A DNA stretch of 61,020 bases from Anthoceros angustus (taxonomy: Eukaryota; Plantae; Anthocerotophyta), in the NCBI GenBank assembly GCA_010909165.1, contig MU008187.1, positions 1 to 61,020 on the forward strand. Reading direction: 5' to 3'. The translations under genes and the position numbers were made by a program. Position 1 is the stretch's first letter. Every line of letters starts with the position of its first letter. The notes under the pieces were generated by a model. That model made no database searches. It worked only from the letters and a program-made list of their open reading frames with translations, and was not told the DNA's origin. Below are positions 24,100 through 35,744 of the stretch, piece by piece.

Positions 24100-27000
24100 T
24101 ACCAGGTGCGTCTAGTAGAAGCTCATTCTAGAAATCCCACCAAAATCGCTAATCGACAAAAACATTTTACATTAAATAATATTCATGCGGATCCGGGATA
24201 TACAAAAACCAACAAAGAACCCTTTTCTTTGCGAGTTTCTGTATATCCGTGCATGAAATACAATTCAACTAATGAAGAGTAAATACCGGATAGAGTGAAC
24301 TCGCTTCAACAAGAAACCTACAAACAAAACCAAAATTAGCACCCAAACCGTAATTATGCTACTAGTAAACACTAAAATAAAAAACATTGATACTCACCTT
24401 ATTTTGGGAAATTCTTTGTACAATTATACATTGAAAATGTAATTTTCACGACCACTTGGCATTGGTACTTGTACATTATCATAATTGGCAACCAATTGAT
24501 GAAGCGAGGACTTGGGCGAAATTGACCATCTTCCGCAAGGTCACAACCTAAAACAACACAACCATTAATTTTCAATCTAGTAAAAGATTAATAAAAGCAT
24601 AAAGCTTACCGATCCCGGATTTTCGCGAGATAGCGTTGAAATATCTCGAGGCACATCCTCTGTTGTCTTTCCCATAATCTCGAACTCTTCTTGCTCTTTC
24701 TGCTGCTTGCTTGATTTCTCTTGATGCTTAATGCTCTTGTCTCCTCTCCGCATTTCTCGCCTCACGAATCTCAAGGGCTTTCTCTCTTTGCTTAGAGACT
24801 CGTAATTCAAGCGCTTTTCGCCTCTGTCTCTCTATAAGTGCCTCCAAATCCTTTTGTGAAACTCCATTTCTGTTTCAATTTGTCATTCTCCAATTCCGTT
24901 CTCGGAGATCTCGGCAAGCTGCTCAAAGCCACTTACATTTCCATTTGCGATCACAGTGCAATATATCGAGGTGCTACCACATACATCTGGTTAACTTCAG
25001 ATGACTGATCACACTCACTCTGCACAATGCCCTCCAACGGAGGGCCACGCATCCACTTCCCTCGGTATCAATGTTGAAATGAGGGACTGATAGGCTGCTT
25101 ACACTAGTCGAAGGATTCACAATCTGCCAAGAAGAACACAATCAGGAAACTCCAAAAGAAATGAAAACAACAAACAAACAGCCAAAGAATCAACCTTGTC
25201 AACATATGGAATTTCAGTAGAACACCCTGTCGTTGGTCTGCTAGTATCCATCTGGATGCCTTGGCAATTGCTTTCAGAAGGTGCCTGCCAGTAAAAACAA
25301 AAACCAGTATGATTAAAAAAACTAACATGGCCAAACTACAACAAAGAAACTTCACAATACCAACCTGAACTTCAAGACACAGTGGACCACATGGTGCAGA
25401 AAAACTCAGTTCAGTCCCAACATTGTTCGTGCCTTTCATGATGAATAAGGAGTGGCCACGAGGAAAGACACGACAAATCAACAAGTCGGGACGATTTTGA
25501 CACAAGTCCCTACATACTTGATACAAATCTCAAACACTTACATTACTAACGTGTTGCACTTGCAAGGGCGATCTTGGTGACTCGAAAATACTATTTCGAG
25601 TTACATTCAACCGTTGACGGAAGAACACCCTTAAATCATCCGCATCCGATTGAGTTCTTCATTTAAAAGCTCACGATAGGATCGTTCACGAACAAGAACT
25701 CTTCTGCTGTTTTGCTTTTTGAGCGGTCATATCGCAAAACATATGAACGTTAGGAAGGAGCATACAAAGACTCAAATGTCACAAGCTTTCACAACATATT
25801 ACCTTGAAAATCCAGCATCCGTTTTATGGCGGTCACACTTCTCCCGGCATCGAGGGCGAGCCATCGTCAAGCGTGTAATCATCGTTACGGCTCTTATTGG
25901 TGTAGTAGCCAACAAGCCCATTTACTTGACCATGGTCTTCATAAATCTTGACATTCCTTTTGAAACACGAAGTTTTGCATACCAAGCCTAGACAAAAACA
26001 AAGTTAGTAAATACAAACCACAAAACTCAAGCCCAATAAACCAAAAACTTACATTGGATCTTGGGTTATCAATGGTTGAATTGAGAAACCACAATTGACA
26101 AATTCTTGTCATGACCACTTGGGAGAGTGATCAATGACTTTAAAGGTTTCGATGGCGTCCACGTAGATCTTGACCTTTTGACGAAATGCTCACTCTGGTA
26201 GTTCTTCATATCCACTTTGTAATTTTTGAATCCGTTCTTCATACGCAAATGAAGGAGCTCAATCTGATACATCAAAACATCAAACAAGTAAAACAAAAGA
26301 CTACACCCTCTTGAACAAAAGGTCCTTTTGAATCGATGCAAATGAGAAGTCCCTAATGAGCAGTTATGTAACTCTTCACCACCTCGAACTCCAAACGGTC
26401 ATGCAAAAATATGCACACGCAAACAATATAAGCATAAGGGCTCGGGTTTAAGACCATAAATGAACAATCAAAGTGCACCCCAAAACCAACAATATTACCT
26501 TTTGAGCCCCCGCCCAAATGAGCATTGATGATCTCGTGTGAAAGAATCTCGCTCATCATCATCAATCAACTTCACCTCTTTTCGACATGACACAATCCCA
26601 AGGTCCTTGATTTTCATGGACGCAACCAGTGCGGACCCATGGAAAATTCCATGAAACATGTTGATCAGGAACATCGAACCAAGCGGCTTTGGTTCAGATG
26701 CACTTCCTTGTTAAAATCCGGTTAAACCCACGAAAGAAAGACATGCACAAGTGAAGATCAATCGGTCATGTGAAAGGAAAGTCGAACTATCAAAATCAAC
26801 AAGTAAGAAAACATCACTACGTTTACGAGAAAATCTCCTGTTGTCCTTGATTCGAACTTGATGGAAAAATATCGAATAAGATTTAGATCCTTGTGAGGAA
26901 TATCCTCAAGCATATCCCATCCCGACCACTCACTTTCATAAAGGCCGAGGCGACTTGACACGGTTATTACGCGTTTGACCTATCCTCCCCACCACTCAAA

Positions 27001-27800
27001 GCATCATTCACAGCTCCTCGCAGGGGTGGTCAAATCCACGCTCTCGAAAATTTCTTCATCATCAATTTCCTCCATACCCATGGCAAAGTCATCTTCGGGA
27101 CACTTTAGCCTCTCAAACATATCGAGCACTTCTTGATCAGGGATGACTCCAGGGTCAGGAACCACAACAGGCATGGAAAACTGCCCAGCCTGTAAAGCAT
27201 CTGTTCAACGGCAGCACACAAATCTCTAGACTCCAGACAGGCTTTGGCAGCACTCACAACCATGGGATCGTCAGTTATCAAGAAATCATTCTCCCCCACA
27301 AACTGGACCCCTCTCTCAGACACTGGGACATAGTTAGTAATCTCTGCAAGAGGACCTTCAACCAATGCCACAGGTCGAGTGTCCACCCTTCTCCTCTTCT
27401 GCACAAACTCGGCTGCACGTCGAGCATCCTTCTTGGATGAGAAGTGCCTTGGCGGTTTAGGAATGCCTTTTTGGAACTAAATATGTTCCTTCACTGTGCA
27501 CCAAGACACCATCAACTTTACCATCATCCTGCAGTGGATGAGTTGCGATGTGGAGACGGTGACTTGACACTGTCAGTATGCAGCTTAGCCATGACTTGAC
27601 CGAGGACCCTTGCTTCTTTCCGGTCCGAGGCCCAGTGGGTTTCTTTTGGAGCCATCGCAAAAGAAAAGTCAAACACAAAAAAAACATTACTAACACAATG
27701 ACAATCTTGACACTTACATGTGTTGAATTCAAATGAGAACTTCTTTGAAGGTCTAAGTTGATTATAAGACAATCTAAGAGAAGGACGGGTGGAGATGTAA
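24100..27800 (-). pseudogene. Multi-exon gene relic of unknown function
   Basis: Minus-strand GT..AG introns in AT-rich gaps (plus-strand CTTAC/CTCAC donors at about 26050, 24607 and 24397; branch-like TTAG(T/C)); exon pieces include the coiled-coil-like KDLEALIERQRRKALE. Confidence 0.5.
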
Positions 27801-27899
27801 CAGAACATCCTTGATCTATACATTGTTATTTTGATCCCTCCTTTATGTTAGAGAGAGAACTTCCATTTTAACAAATACCACAAACTTCGAAACACCTTT

Positions 27900-29520
27900 C
27901 GATGAGATGTGAAGTGAACAAAAGCAAAGCCCAAAGAAACCACAGAAGACAAAAAACATGCATACAAACCATTCGGCAAAACTTTTAATCACAGAATTAG
28001 ATGTTGCCGACCTTCAAACTTGGTTCAAGTCCTACAAACAAAAGAGTTGCCAAAGTAGTTAGTACAAATTGAACAAATATAGAAAAAACTTAACATTTTA
28101 ACATGCTTTCGGGCGTGCATTGACAACGAGGCCATCAAAACAAACATACACAAAACAAAATCGACATCGAAAAGTACACACATAACAAACAACCCGAGCG
28201 ACCACGAACAAAAAACAGCAAATGAAAAGAAAATATCACACAACAATAGCACATGTATAAGACAATACAATGCAACATACACAAATCAAAAGGACATCAA
28301 GCGTCAAACATATATAACAAACATAACACATGTAAATAGAAGCAACCACAAAAAGACACAAAACATGACACAGCCATAAACACAACGATTGATAGACATG
28401 CAATATACCACTTGCGGTACAATCGACAAATGATCTTGTTCCACTTCCGCTAAGACAATGATTCACACGAAAAAACAACCAAACACAATGACTCAAAACA
28501 ATAAAACAATTGAATGCGAGGACTTGTGAAAGTCACACACGATAAGGAAAGAAATATGAATAACACAAGCTTAGTAAACACAAAACAACGATTAGCTTAA
28601 CTTTAGTCAACACACATGATTACGAAACAAACAAAGAAGTCCTACTGCAACTTCTCGAGACTTACAGAACAACAATTAGATAAAGAACACGACAAAATAA
28701 CACATGCATGAAGAGACAATACAAAGCAAGGCGAGATAACATGGCGAAAAAGCATGAAAAAGCGAACAAAAACATCAAAGTGAAAACACACGTGACACAA
28801 GAACAAACAATGAGCACAAAGACAACCTTTAAACAAAAAATTAACACTAAAACAAACATTTAAGAACTCAAAGAGATGACACATAACAAGACAAGATACA
28901 CAGCAAGCAAGGCGCGGCGAAGAACAACACGAAACAAAAAAAAACACCAAGAAACATGATTAAACAAAGATGTGCAAGGCAACACATAGCAACAACAAAT
29001 GTCACACAAGGCACAAACAAACATACAACAACACGACGAGAAGTGAATGAGACACAACAAGCAAAACAGCGAAGCCACACGGCAAAACAAAAACAAGCAA
29101 GAAGAAAATAAAAAGATCACACAACAATGCGAAGCAGTAAGACAAAAAGCGAATGCGAACAACAAATAGAAAGCATGGGCGGCGAAAGAGCGGCACAAGA
29201 AAACAAACCCGCTAGCACAAAACAAAAACAACAAACATGAGACAAAGACAAGGACAAAGCAACAGCATAATGCATAAGAAACAAAACCAAGCGAAGCGCG
29301 ATAGAAACACAAAAAGCAACAGAGAGAAAACAACAGAAACTACACAAGCATGAACAACAAAAACAAAAAGCAAAGAACAGAAAAGCCGAAAGACAAGACA
29401 CAAAACAAAAAACCGCGCACAACACGCAAGCGACAAACAACAAAAAAGAGCAAAACCGAGCAACCAAAAACAACGTAAAGCCAACAAAGGGACAACAAGC
29501 CCGGATAAACAAGAGACACA
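27900..29520. repeat. Strongly strand-asymmetric A/C-rich low-complexity tract (T/G-rich on minus)
   Basis: Runs of ACAAA/AACAC with few T or G on + over about 1.6 kb. Confidence 0.9.
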
Positions 29521-30062
29521 CCTTGGAGAACCTCCTGAAAGAACCTTCAGCAAGAAACACAACCTTGGCGAAAACCGAACCTTGGAGTTTGAACAAGCGG
29601 AAAGAACCAAGAGGAAAGACCTTGGCCAAAACTTGCCTCTTGACCTAGCAAAACACCTTGGCTTGAGCTACAAAAAGGCCTTGCCCGGACAAGAGCCTTA
29701 AGAACCATAGCACAAAGTAAACTAGACAACTCCACCTTGAGCAAAGCCCCAAGCTTCTTGGACTGAAAGAAAGGCAATACTAAAACACATGCTCAACCAA
29801 GAGTAAAGAAAGACTTCTGAAGAAGAGCAATGCAAAACACAACAGCGAGGAGGTAGCGAGCTTTCACCTCGCTTTCAAAACAGCTGTCGCAACAAACCTA
29901 GCGGCTTTGCAAACCTAAATTGCCTCAACCTTAGACTTGGCCGGAGACCTAACGTAAAATAAACCGCTTGGAGCGTAAACAATAGACTCTCACGCATATA
30001 AAACTCGACACAAAGGCGCAAACCCTTGGCCTTAGCCTCTACAAGACGTTGGACCGAAAGTC

Positions 30063-30086
30063 CTTATATAGCCAAAGAAACCCTAG
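30063..30086 (-). promoter_or_regulatory. Putative TATA box (TATATAAG on minus) next to a telo-box-like AAACCCTAG and a CT/GA tract
   Basis: Plus strand CCTTATATAGCCAAAGAAACCCTAGCCCTTCTCTCTCTG. Confidence 0.4.
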
Positions 30087-31499
30087 CCCTTCTCTCTCTG
30101 TGCGCCCGCCACTCTCTCACCGGCTTTTTGAATTACCCGAAATCCAAACCTAACTCCAAACCTTTCTAGTCGTTTGCTCTCCTAGTTGCTCACCAAACCT
30201 AACCAAACCTTTGCCTAACCCGCCTCGAAGCGGGGCGTGCGCTCGCCGTGAAATAGCACCAGGCCTCGCCAGCATCCGAACCCTAACTTGTCCCTATTTA
30301 AACCACTACCCCCCTGCGTCTCCGCCCACTTTCCGCCGACCCGGTGATGGCGCTTCTGTTGGCTCGGTCCGCACCGACCGCCATCCTTGCTTGATGATAG
30401 TGAAACTGTTTCGATTGTGGTTTTTCATGTGCGGTGCAACTCCTGTGCCGCATTTTTTGCGCCAATCGACATCTTGCAAGGTATGGTGGTGAACATCCAA
30501 ACCGGCAAGGTCCTAACACTTCTCGATTCTTGTGGCTTTTTCTTTTGATGGCTTTTGTTGCGGTCCTGGAGACTTTCCTTCGCCAATTGCCTCTTGCCTT
30601 GGCAGGGTCGCAGCGCCTCGCGTTTGGTCACGCGGAGGTCTCCACGCGTTCAATGATTTTTCTGTCATCTTGCGATCACGGAGCTTGTAGGTTCTCGAAT
30701 TGGTGGAGTTTTTGGGCAAGCTCCACCTTTGCTTGGGCGCTTTGCAGCGCTCACTTCTTTGCTTTCGGTATCTTGGTGCGAAGTGCCTCTTGGGCGTTCA
30801 AAAGCCTTGCATCTTCGCTTCGTGGCGCCAACATTATCTAACGATCGGCGTACTTCCCACGCCCTTCTGCGATTTTCATCTCCTTTTGATTTCTGCTAGT
30901 CGCCACGGGTTTGGGCTTCCTTTACCTTCTTTTGTGCTTGCTCTCCCTCTCCCAACGCTCGTGTACCCGACCACATGCACTCAATCCAAACATAGTCGTC
31001 TTGAGTGCAACTTGGTCAGCATCGGTCCTCACGGGCCCAACATCGTAACCAGCAAGGTAACACTTTCATGCTTTGCCCGTCTGAAGATAAACTAACCATG
31101 TCTTTGCTTCACGGTATGTCTCGTGCTTCGGGTTTTTGACTCCTTCTTATATGTCTTGCGTCATGACTGTAATAGTTCTTGCGCAACCATACCCGATTGA
31201 GTCACACACAACACAAAGATAGCAGTTACATGGAGCCACGCCCAACAAACGATTCTGTTACAACGCATATGTACCCAACTTGTTCAAGTTTGAGCGTTGT
31301 TTTGTGTACGTGCTGATGCTTTTTTTGAATGGCATCCGAGAATGAAGCAACGATGAAATGGTCGACATCCAAGAAGGTAATGATCATTTCTACCCTCGCC
31401 AAATCCATTTTGGTTGATGAATCCATGGCTAAAATGACTTTCTCCGAGCGACCACAATAGTAGAGACCCAACCTTAACTGGCGATCAACAACCATGTTC

Positions 31500-32980
31500 C
31501 ACCCATGGGGATCCAGGATATGATGACGGTGAAGTTTGAAATCCCTCTCATTGAGATACGAAGATAGTTGAGAAAGGTATACATTACAATTATCTCAATT
31601 GAATCTCAACATTTCTAACTCTATATCTTTGATAGACTCACGGAGCACACTATGTTCACATCAATGGACAAAAGGACTTGCGCTCCTTTGCGACGCCAAC
31701 TCGAAAAAATTAAAAGGTAAAGACTTGGTCGCAACTTCCTGACTATAGACAAATATAGGTCTCAACTTACTAGTTGTATATGGTTACGGGATATTAAGAA
31801 GAATCTCCGAACAACGCTCAATTAGAGTTGGAAACAATGACTCGAGGTTTAATGGACATCAGATCTCAATTCAGTCGATTTTGGAGGTAAACAACAAACA
31901 CTTAGTATTATATGTATTTGTTTACACGAATAAGTACTAATGTATTTGTTTATAGAGTGTTGCTGAACAAGTTGCTACAGCTAAAGAAATTAAGGAGAAA
32001 ATTGAAGCAATGGATGACAAAATCAACAACACAGCCATCTCTCATCAGGTAATTGCTATTGTATATTTGTAATTAATAATTAGTATATTTGTAACTAGTA
32101 TATACTAATTGTTTTCAAAGGACAAAAGAGGAAAAAAAGTCAAGATAATGCACCAACGTATGGACCATCGAAGAATTTGTCGATTTTGGAAAATGGATGG
32201 ATAACTTTCAAGATCCACAAGTCTTCCAAGATTTTAAAATAGATATGTTCCCATTTGGGAACATAGCCTCAAAGATCCAAGTGATAATCGCAATGAAGAT
32301 GGGTCGACAACAACCCTAGAGCGACATGGAGATCCAAAAAGTAAGTGTTTTGGTTTATATTGTTTTAATAGTTTATTTGAATCGGTTTATGTAGTACTAA
32401 TGAAATTTGTGTTTTGGTAATGTAGAAATATCGGCCATTGAAAATAAGGAGCTAAAACCACGGACTTGTTGACTCGATGGAAGATCCGAAACTACAAAAA
32501 CATTCAAAAGGTTAGTTCATAACAATTTACTATGTAAACAAGGAAAATATTAATATATTGGTATTTACCAAATATGCAAATTCTAACGTTGATATTTCTT
32601 TGCGAGCGTCCAATCACATTTCCGTAGTGTGGGAAATCTTCACAGCCATTGCCTCACATTAGTGAGAAAGGTATTTACCGAGCAAGATCTTCTTCGACTT
32701 GAAATGGAGGTAAAATATTAACTCCTTTTTGTTTTGTAGTTATCAAGAATCAAAAGGAGTTGTTTGCACTATTTGAGGTTAGTATATCATATTACAGTGG
32801 TGAAATTATATATGTACGATATTTACCATTGCCTGCAGAAATATTCCCGTTTGGACGAAATTTTCGAAATGATTAACTTTCTATTTGGACCGTACAATGA
32901 ACAAAGAAAGAAGTATTATTCTGAAGACAGAGCAGATCCGAAATCGCCGGTGTACACCCCTTCAACGCCAGCAGAAGAAA
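31500..32980 (+). pseudogene. Spliced gene relic with short AT-rich introns and coiled-coil-like exons
   Basis: GT..AG introns 31577-31635, 31887-31955, 32049-32120 and 32341-32425 with CTAAC/TACTAAT branch motifs; exon 31956-32048 reads SVAEQVATAKEIKEKIEAMDDKINNTAISHQ; other exons are frameshifted. Confidence 0.65.
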
Positions 32981-33399
32981 GTTAGAAAGGATAAATCCAA
33001 AAGCGTGAAGGCAAGCGTAGCGTGAAAGTGAAAACTCTGAAGTGCGAAAGTGAAAACTGTGAAAGAGAGAGAAAAAAGACTTTTAAAGTGGTTGCACAAG
33101 GCAACAGTTCTAAAGATCTTACGGACCTCGGCTCCGCCTCGGTCGAAGTCGATGGCGTGTCTCGGCCCCTCGGCGCTCCTTACGCCCGAGGCAGCTCGTC
33201 GGTACGGCCTAGAAACGGTCTCGGCCTAACGGCCTCGAGCTTCTCGGCCGTGACGCCCTCCGCGTCGTTCAATACTTGTGTCTGTACATCTTGGATGCAG
33301 CGATCAAGTATAAAGTCTTCTGTCTTGGTCTTTGTTTTGTTCACGCGGTTTGTGGAGAAGGAGGACCAAAGTGCGTAATTCTCTCACGAAGACCGGCTT

Positions 33400-34832
33400 C
33401 TCAAGCGACACGGCCGTCCAGTATACTACTCACGATCCGGACTTTTGACCCCGTGGCTTGCCAGCCGGAAAGTGTGAGAGAGGAACTGTTGCAGGGGTTG
33501 CGTAACAATGATGGACACAAAGTGTTCCACAAAGTGTTGCACCAAATTTGCTTAGAAGGAATCAGGCAAACTGTTGGTTCGAGCATGTCTGGGTCAGGAT
33601 TGAACCCAAGAGTCAGTGCCGAGAGTAGGAGTGGGTCTGGGGGCCAGGTTCGTCAACCGGCTAGCGCCGGTCCCGTCAATGCATCTCTCGGGAAGCAACC
33701 AAGCATTGCATTTCTCGGGAAGGAACCCAACAGTGCATCTGCGAGGAAGCATGTAGTCCAACCCAACAATGCAAATTCGCAGAAGCAACCCAACAGTGCT
33801 GCTGTTGGGAAGCAACCCGATACTGCCGTGGCGAAGAGGCATCCCAACAATGCTTCTTCAATACCCGTCACTGATGGGGATCCAGCAGCTTCTGCCTCGG
33901 TTTCCGTCAGCGCCCAAGCCGGTGGTGTCCATGATACTACCGCCGGGCACGGGCGTCCGCGGTTTCACAGCGTGAGACTTGGTGAGCCACTTCCACTCAA
34001 GGTAGTCGATCGGGTGTGAGGAGGACGTCCGGGGCGAACACGAGGACACCGAGGCCTTGCGGATGGCATTCTACCATGTGGGGAGGGGCAGATGCGCGTT
34101 GGAGGAAGGCGGTGGGTCGGAAGAGGAGGAGGAGAACTTCGAAGAAGAGGCTGATGAGCAGGATGACCTCGGGATATTATCCTTGGTACGTGATGGTTCA
34201 CAGCGGTCTTCGGGGGCTGTTCTGGATCGCAGGAGGGTGCAGGCAGAGGCCTTCACAGTGGGAAATGTGAAGAAAGGGGGAAAGAGGAGAGGCCCTGCAG
34301 ATGGCAAACACATTCCGGAAAAGAGACAGTGCGGCGGTAGCAGGAAAGCCAAGAAACCGTGGCAAGACAGAGAAGCACAGGAATTGTGGAGGAGGAGGAG
34401 GAAGAGGATCCACACGCCAAGGTTTGTGGAGAGCTAAGGACAGTGTGTCGCCACGACGATGATAGGCTCGCCATAAAAGCGGATGCAAGTCGGGACGTCG
34501 AAAGGGACGGTATTGCTATCAAGAGAGTCTGGGACTCTACCTTGAAGTTGCCAATCAAGTGCTGCAAACCCCCCGAAGATCTTTGTGAGGCAATGGATCT
34601 CGTGGGTAGAGTCTTTGATGCGAAGATGAAACACGCCCATGGGTAGGTCGGTGCCAATGGTTGTGGTTGTCGACCCTCAGTGTCCTCACAAAGAGAACTT
34701 TGACGTTGAGAAGGTGGACAGAGGGCTTTACAATTTCTTCGTCTTGGGAGGGAACCATTCCTTCCAGGCAAGGTCCCGGCTTTCTGATCTGTACCTGATT
34801 CTTTTGGGAGAGGAAAGGTCTCGAGCAAAAAC
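33400..34832 (+). pseudogene. Frameshifted gene: low-complexity repeat N-terminus, acidic and basic tracts, then a ParB/Sulfiredoxin-like domain cut by the Copia insertion
   Basis: Frames join to ..FVRQ..SWVESLMRR..PMGRSVPMVVVVDP...YNFFVLGGNHSFQAR; the reading ends at the Copia LTR edge (34833). Confidence 0.5.
33686..33857 (+). repeat. Six degenerate 27-bp units encoding (G)KQPNSA-like 9-aa repeats
   Basis: TCTCGGGAAGCAACCAAGC, TCTCGGGAAGGAACCCAAC, GCAGAAGCAACCCAAC, TTGGGAAGCAACCCGAT and similar, in frame. Confidence 0.8.
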
Positions 34833-34989
34833 TGGTTAAATTAACTAAAAGCACAACAACAATGTCTCAATGTCAAAAACGTTTAAATACTTCTATATCT
34901 TAGACAATACGCCCCTTGGGCCACATAACCCTAAATAACATAACAGCGCCTATTTGACTAAGTGACGAGTGTTGATTAATTATCCAACA
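34833..34989 (-). mobile_element. Putative short (~157 bp) Copia 3' LTR
   Basis: On minus it begins TGTTGG directly after the PPT and ends ...TTTAACCA; the left end is inferred from where the interrupted ORF stops; no second LTR to confirm it. Confidence 0.55.
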
Positions 34990-35000
34990 CTCCCTCTTAA
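34990..35000 (-). promoter_or_regulatory. Copia polypurine tract
   Basis: Minus strand TTAAGAGGGAG directly followed by TGTT. Confidence 0.75.
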
Positions 35001-35136
35001 TCATCACGAGCATTACGATCATTAAATAGGCCATAAATAAATACGGGACGCACACGCAACTCGCACCAGAATTCCAACCACAACTATCATCGGCTTCAGT
35101 CCACGAGCTACACACAGCGCGACAACTGCAGAAAAG

Positions 35137-35700
35137 ATGGCCGAGGCTCTTGCAGCATTCCTCACCGCTGCCATTCTATCCAGCCTCCTACAGCTGCTCA
35201 TTCACTTGGCAACCAGGAGCGAGATGGAGAGCGTCGCAAGCGGAGGAATCTCTGAGAGGCCAACAAAGAAGAAGAAGGCCAAGGCCACGCATGTTGTAGA
35301 CAGAACTGAGGCGAGAAGCGGCCCTGTGGAGGACTGGGGCGAAAGACACTGCGTCGGGAAGAGAATGTCCATACGAGACTTCGAAGTATCCCTTGAAGTG
35401 ACCCTGTGCTGGGGCAAAAGAGAGAAGCCGGTGGGTGAAGAAGGAGAGGACTTAGGCCCTCTATCTGTAGAGGAGGATGCCAAGCTCCTTGGTCAATCGG
35501 AGATCAGAGGCTTCTCCGGTCAAGAGCGGTCGATAAATGATGAGCAGCGGCGATTAGGTATCCCTGATGCTTCATCCGCCCGTCTCTGCTCATCATTTTG
35601 TTGTCTGTCTGTGGAACTAACCATGAAACGCTATTCTGGCTGTGCGCAGGGTGTGACCACCTGGCCAACAGTGGCAAAGGGGGTTTCACACTTATCATAG
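35137..35700 (+). CDS. 187-aa ORF antisense to Copia pol, between RNase H and the PPT; hydrophobic N-terminus and a KKKKAK motif
   Basis: Open ATG-to-stop frame, AAGATGG start context, TATA-like CATAAATA at about 35032. Confidence 0.4.
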   Translation: MAEALAAFLTAAILSSLLQLLIHLATRSEMESVASGGISERPTKKKKAKATHVVDRTEARSGPVEDWGERHCVGKRMSIRDFEVSLEVTLCWGKREKPVGEEGEDLGPLSVEEDAKLLGQSEIRGFSGQERSINDEQRRLGIPDASSARLCSSFCCLSVELTMKRYSGCAQGVTTWPTVAKGVSHLS

Positions 35701-35744
35701 CCAGGTCCTGCATCTCAAGTCCTGTCTGTCCATAGTCAGATAAA

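Noticed and set aside
28025-29777. Several Cys/Phe/Val/Leu-rich minus-strand ORFs that look like membrane proteins
   Set aside because: They arise in all three frames from the T/G-rich composition, which lacks stop codons; no sign of coding constraint
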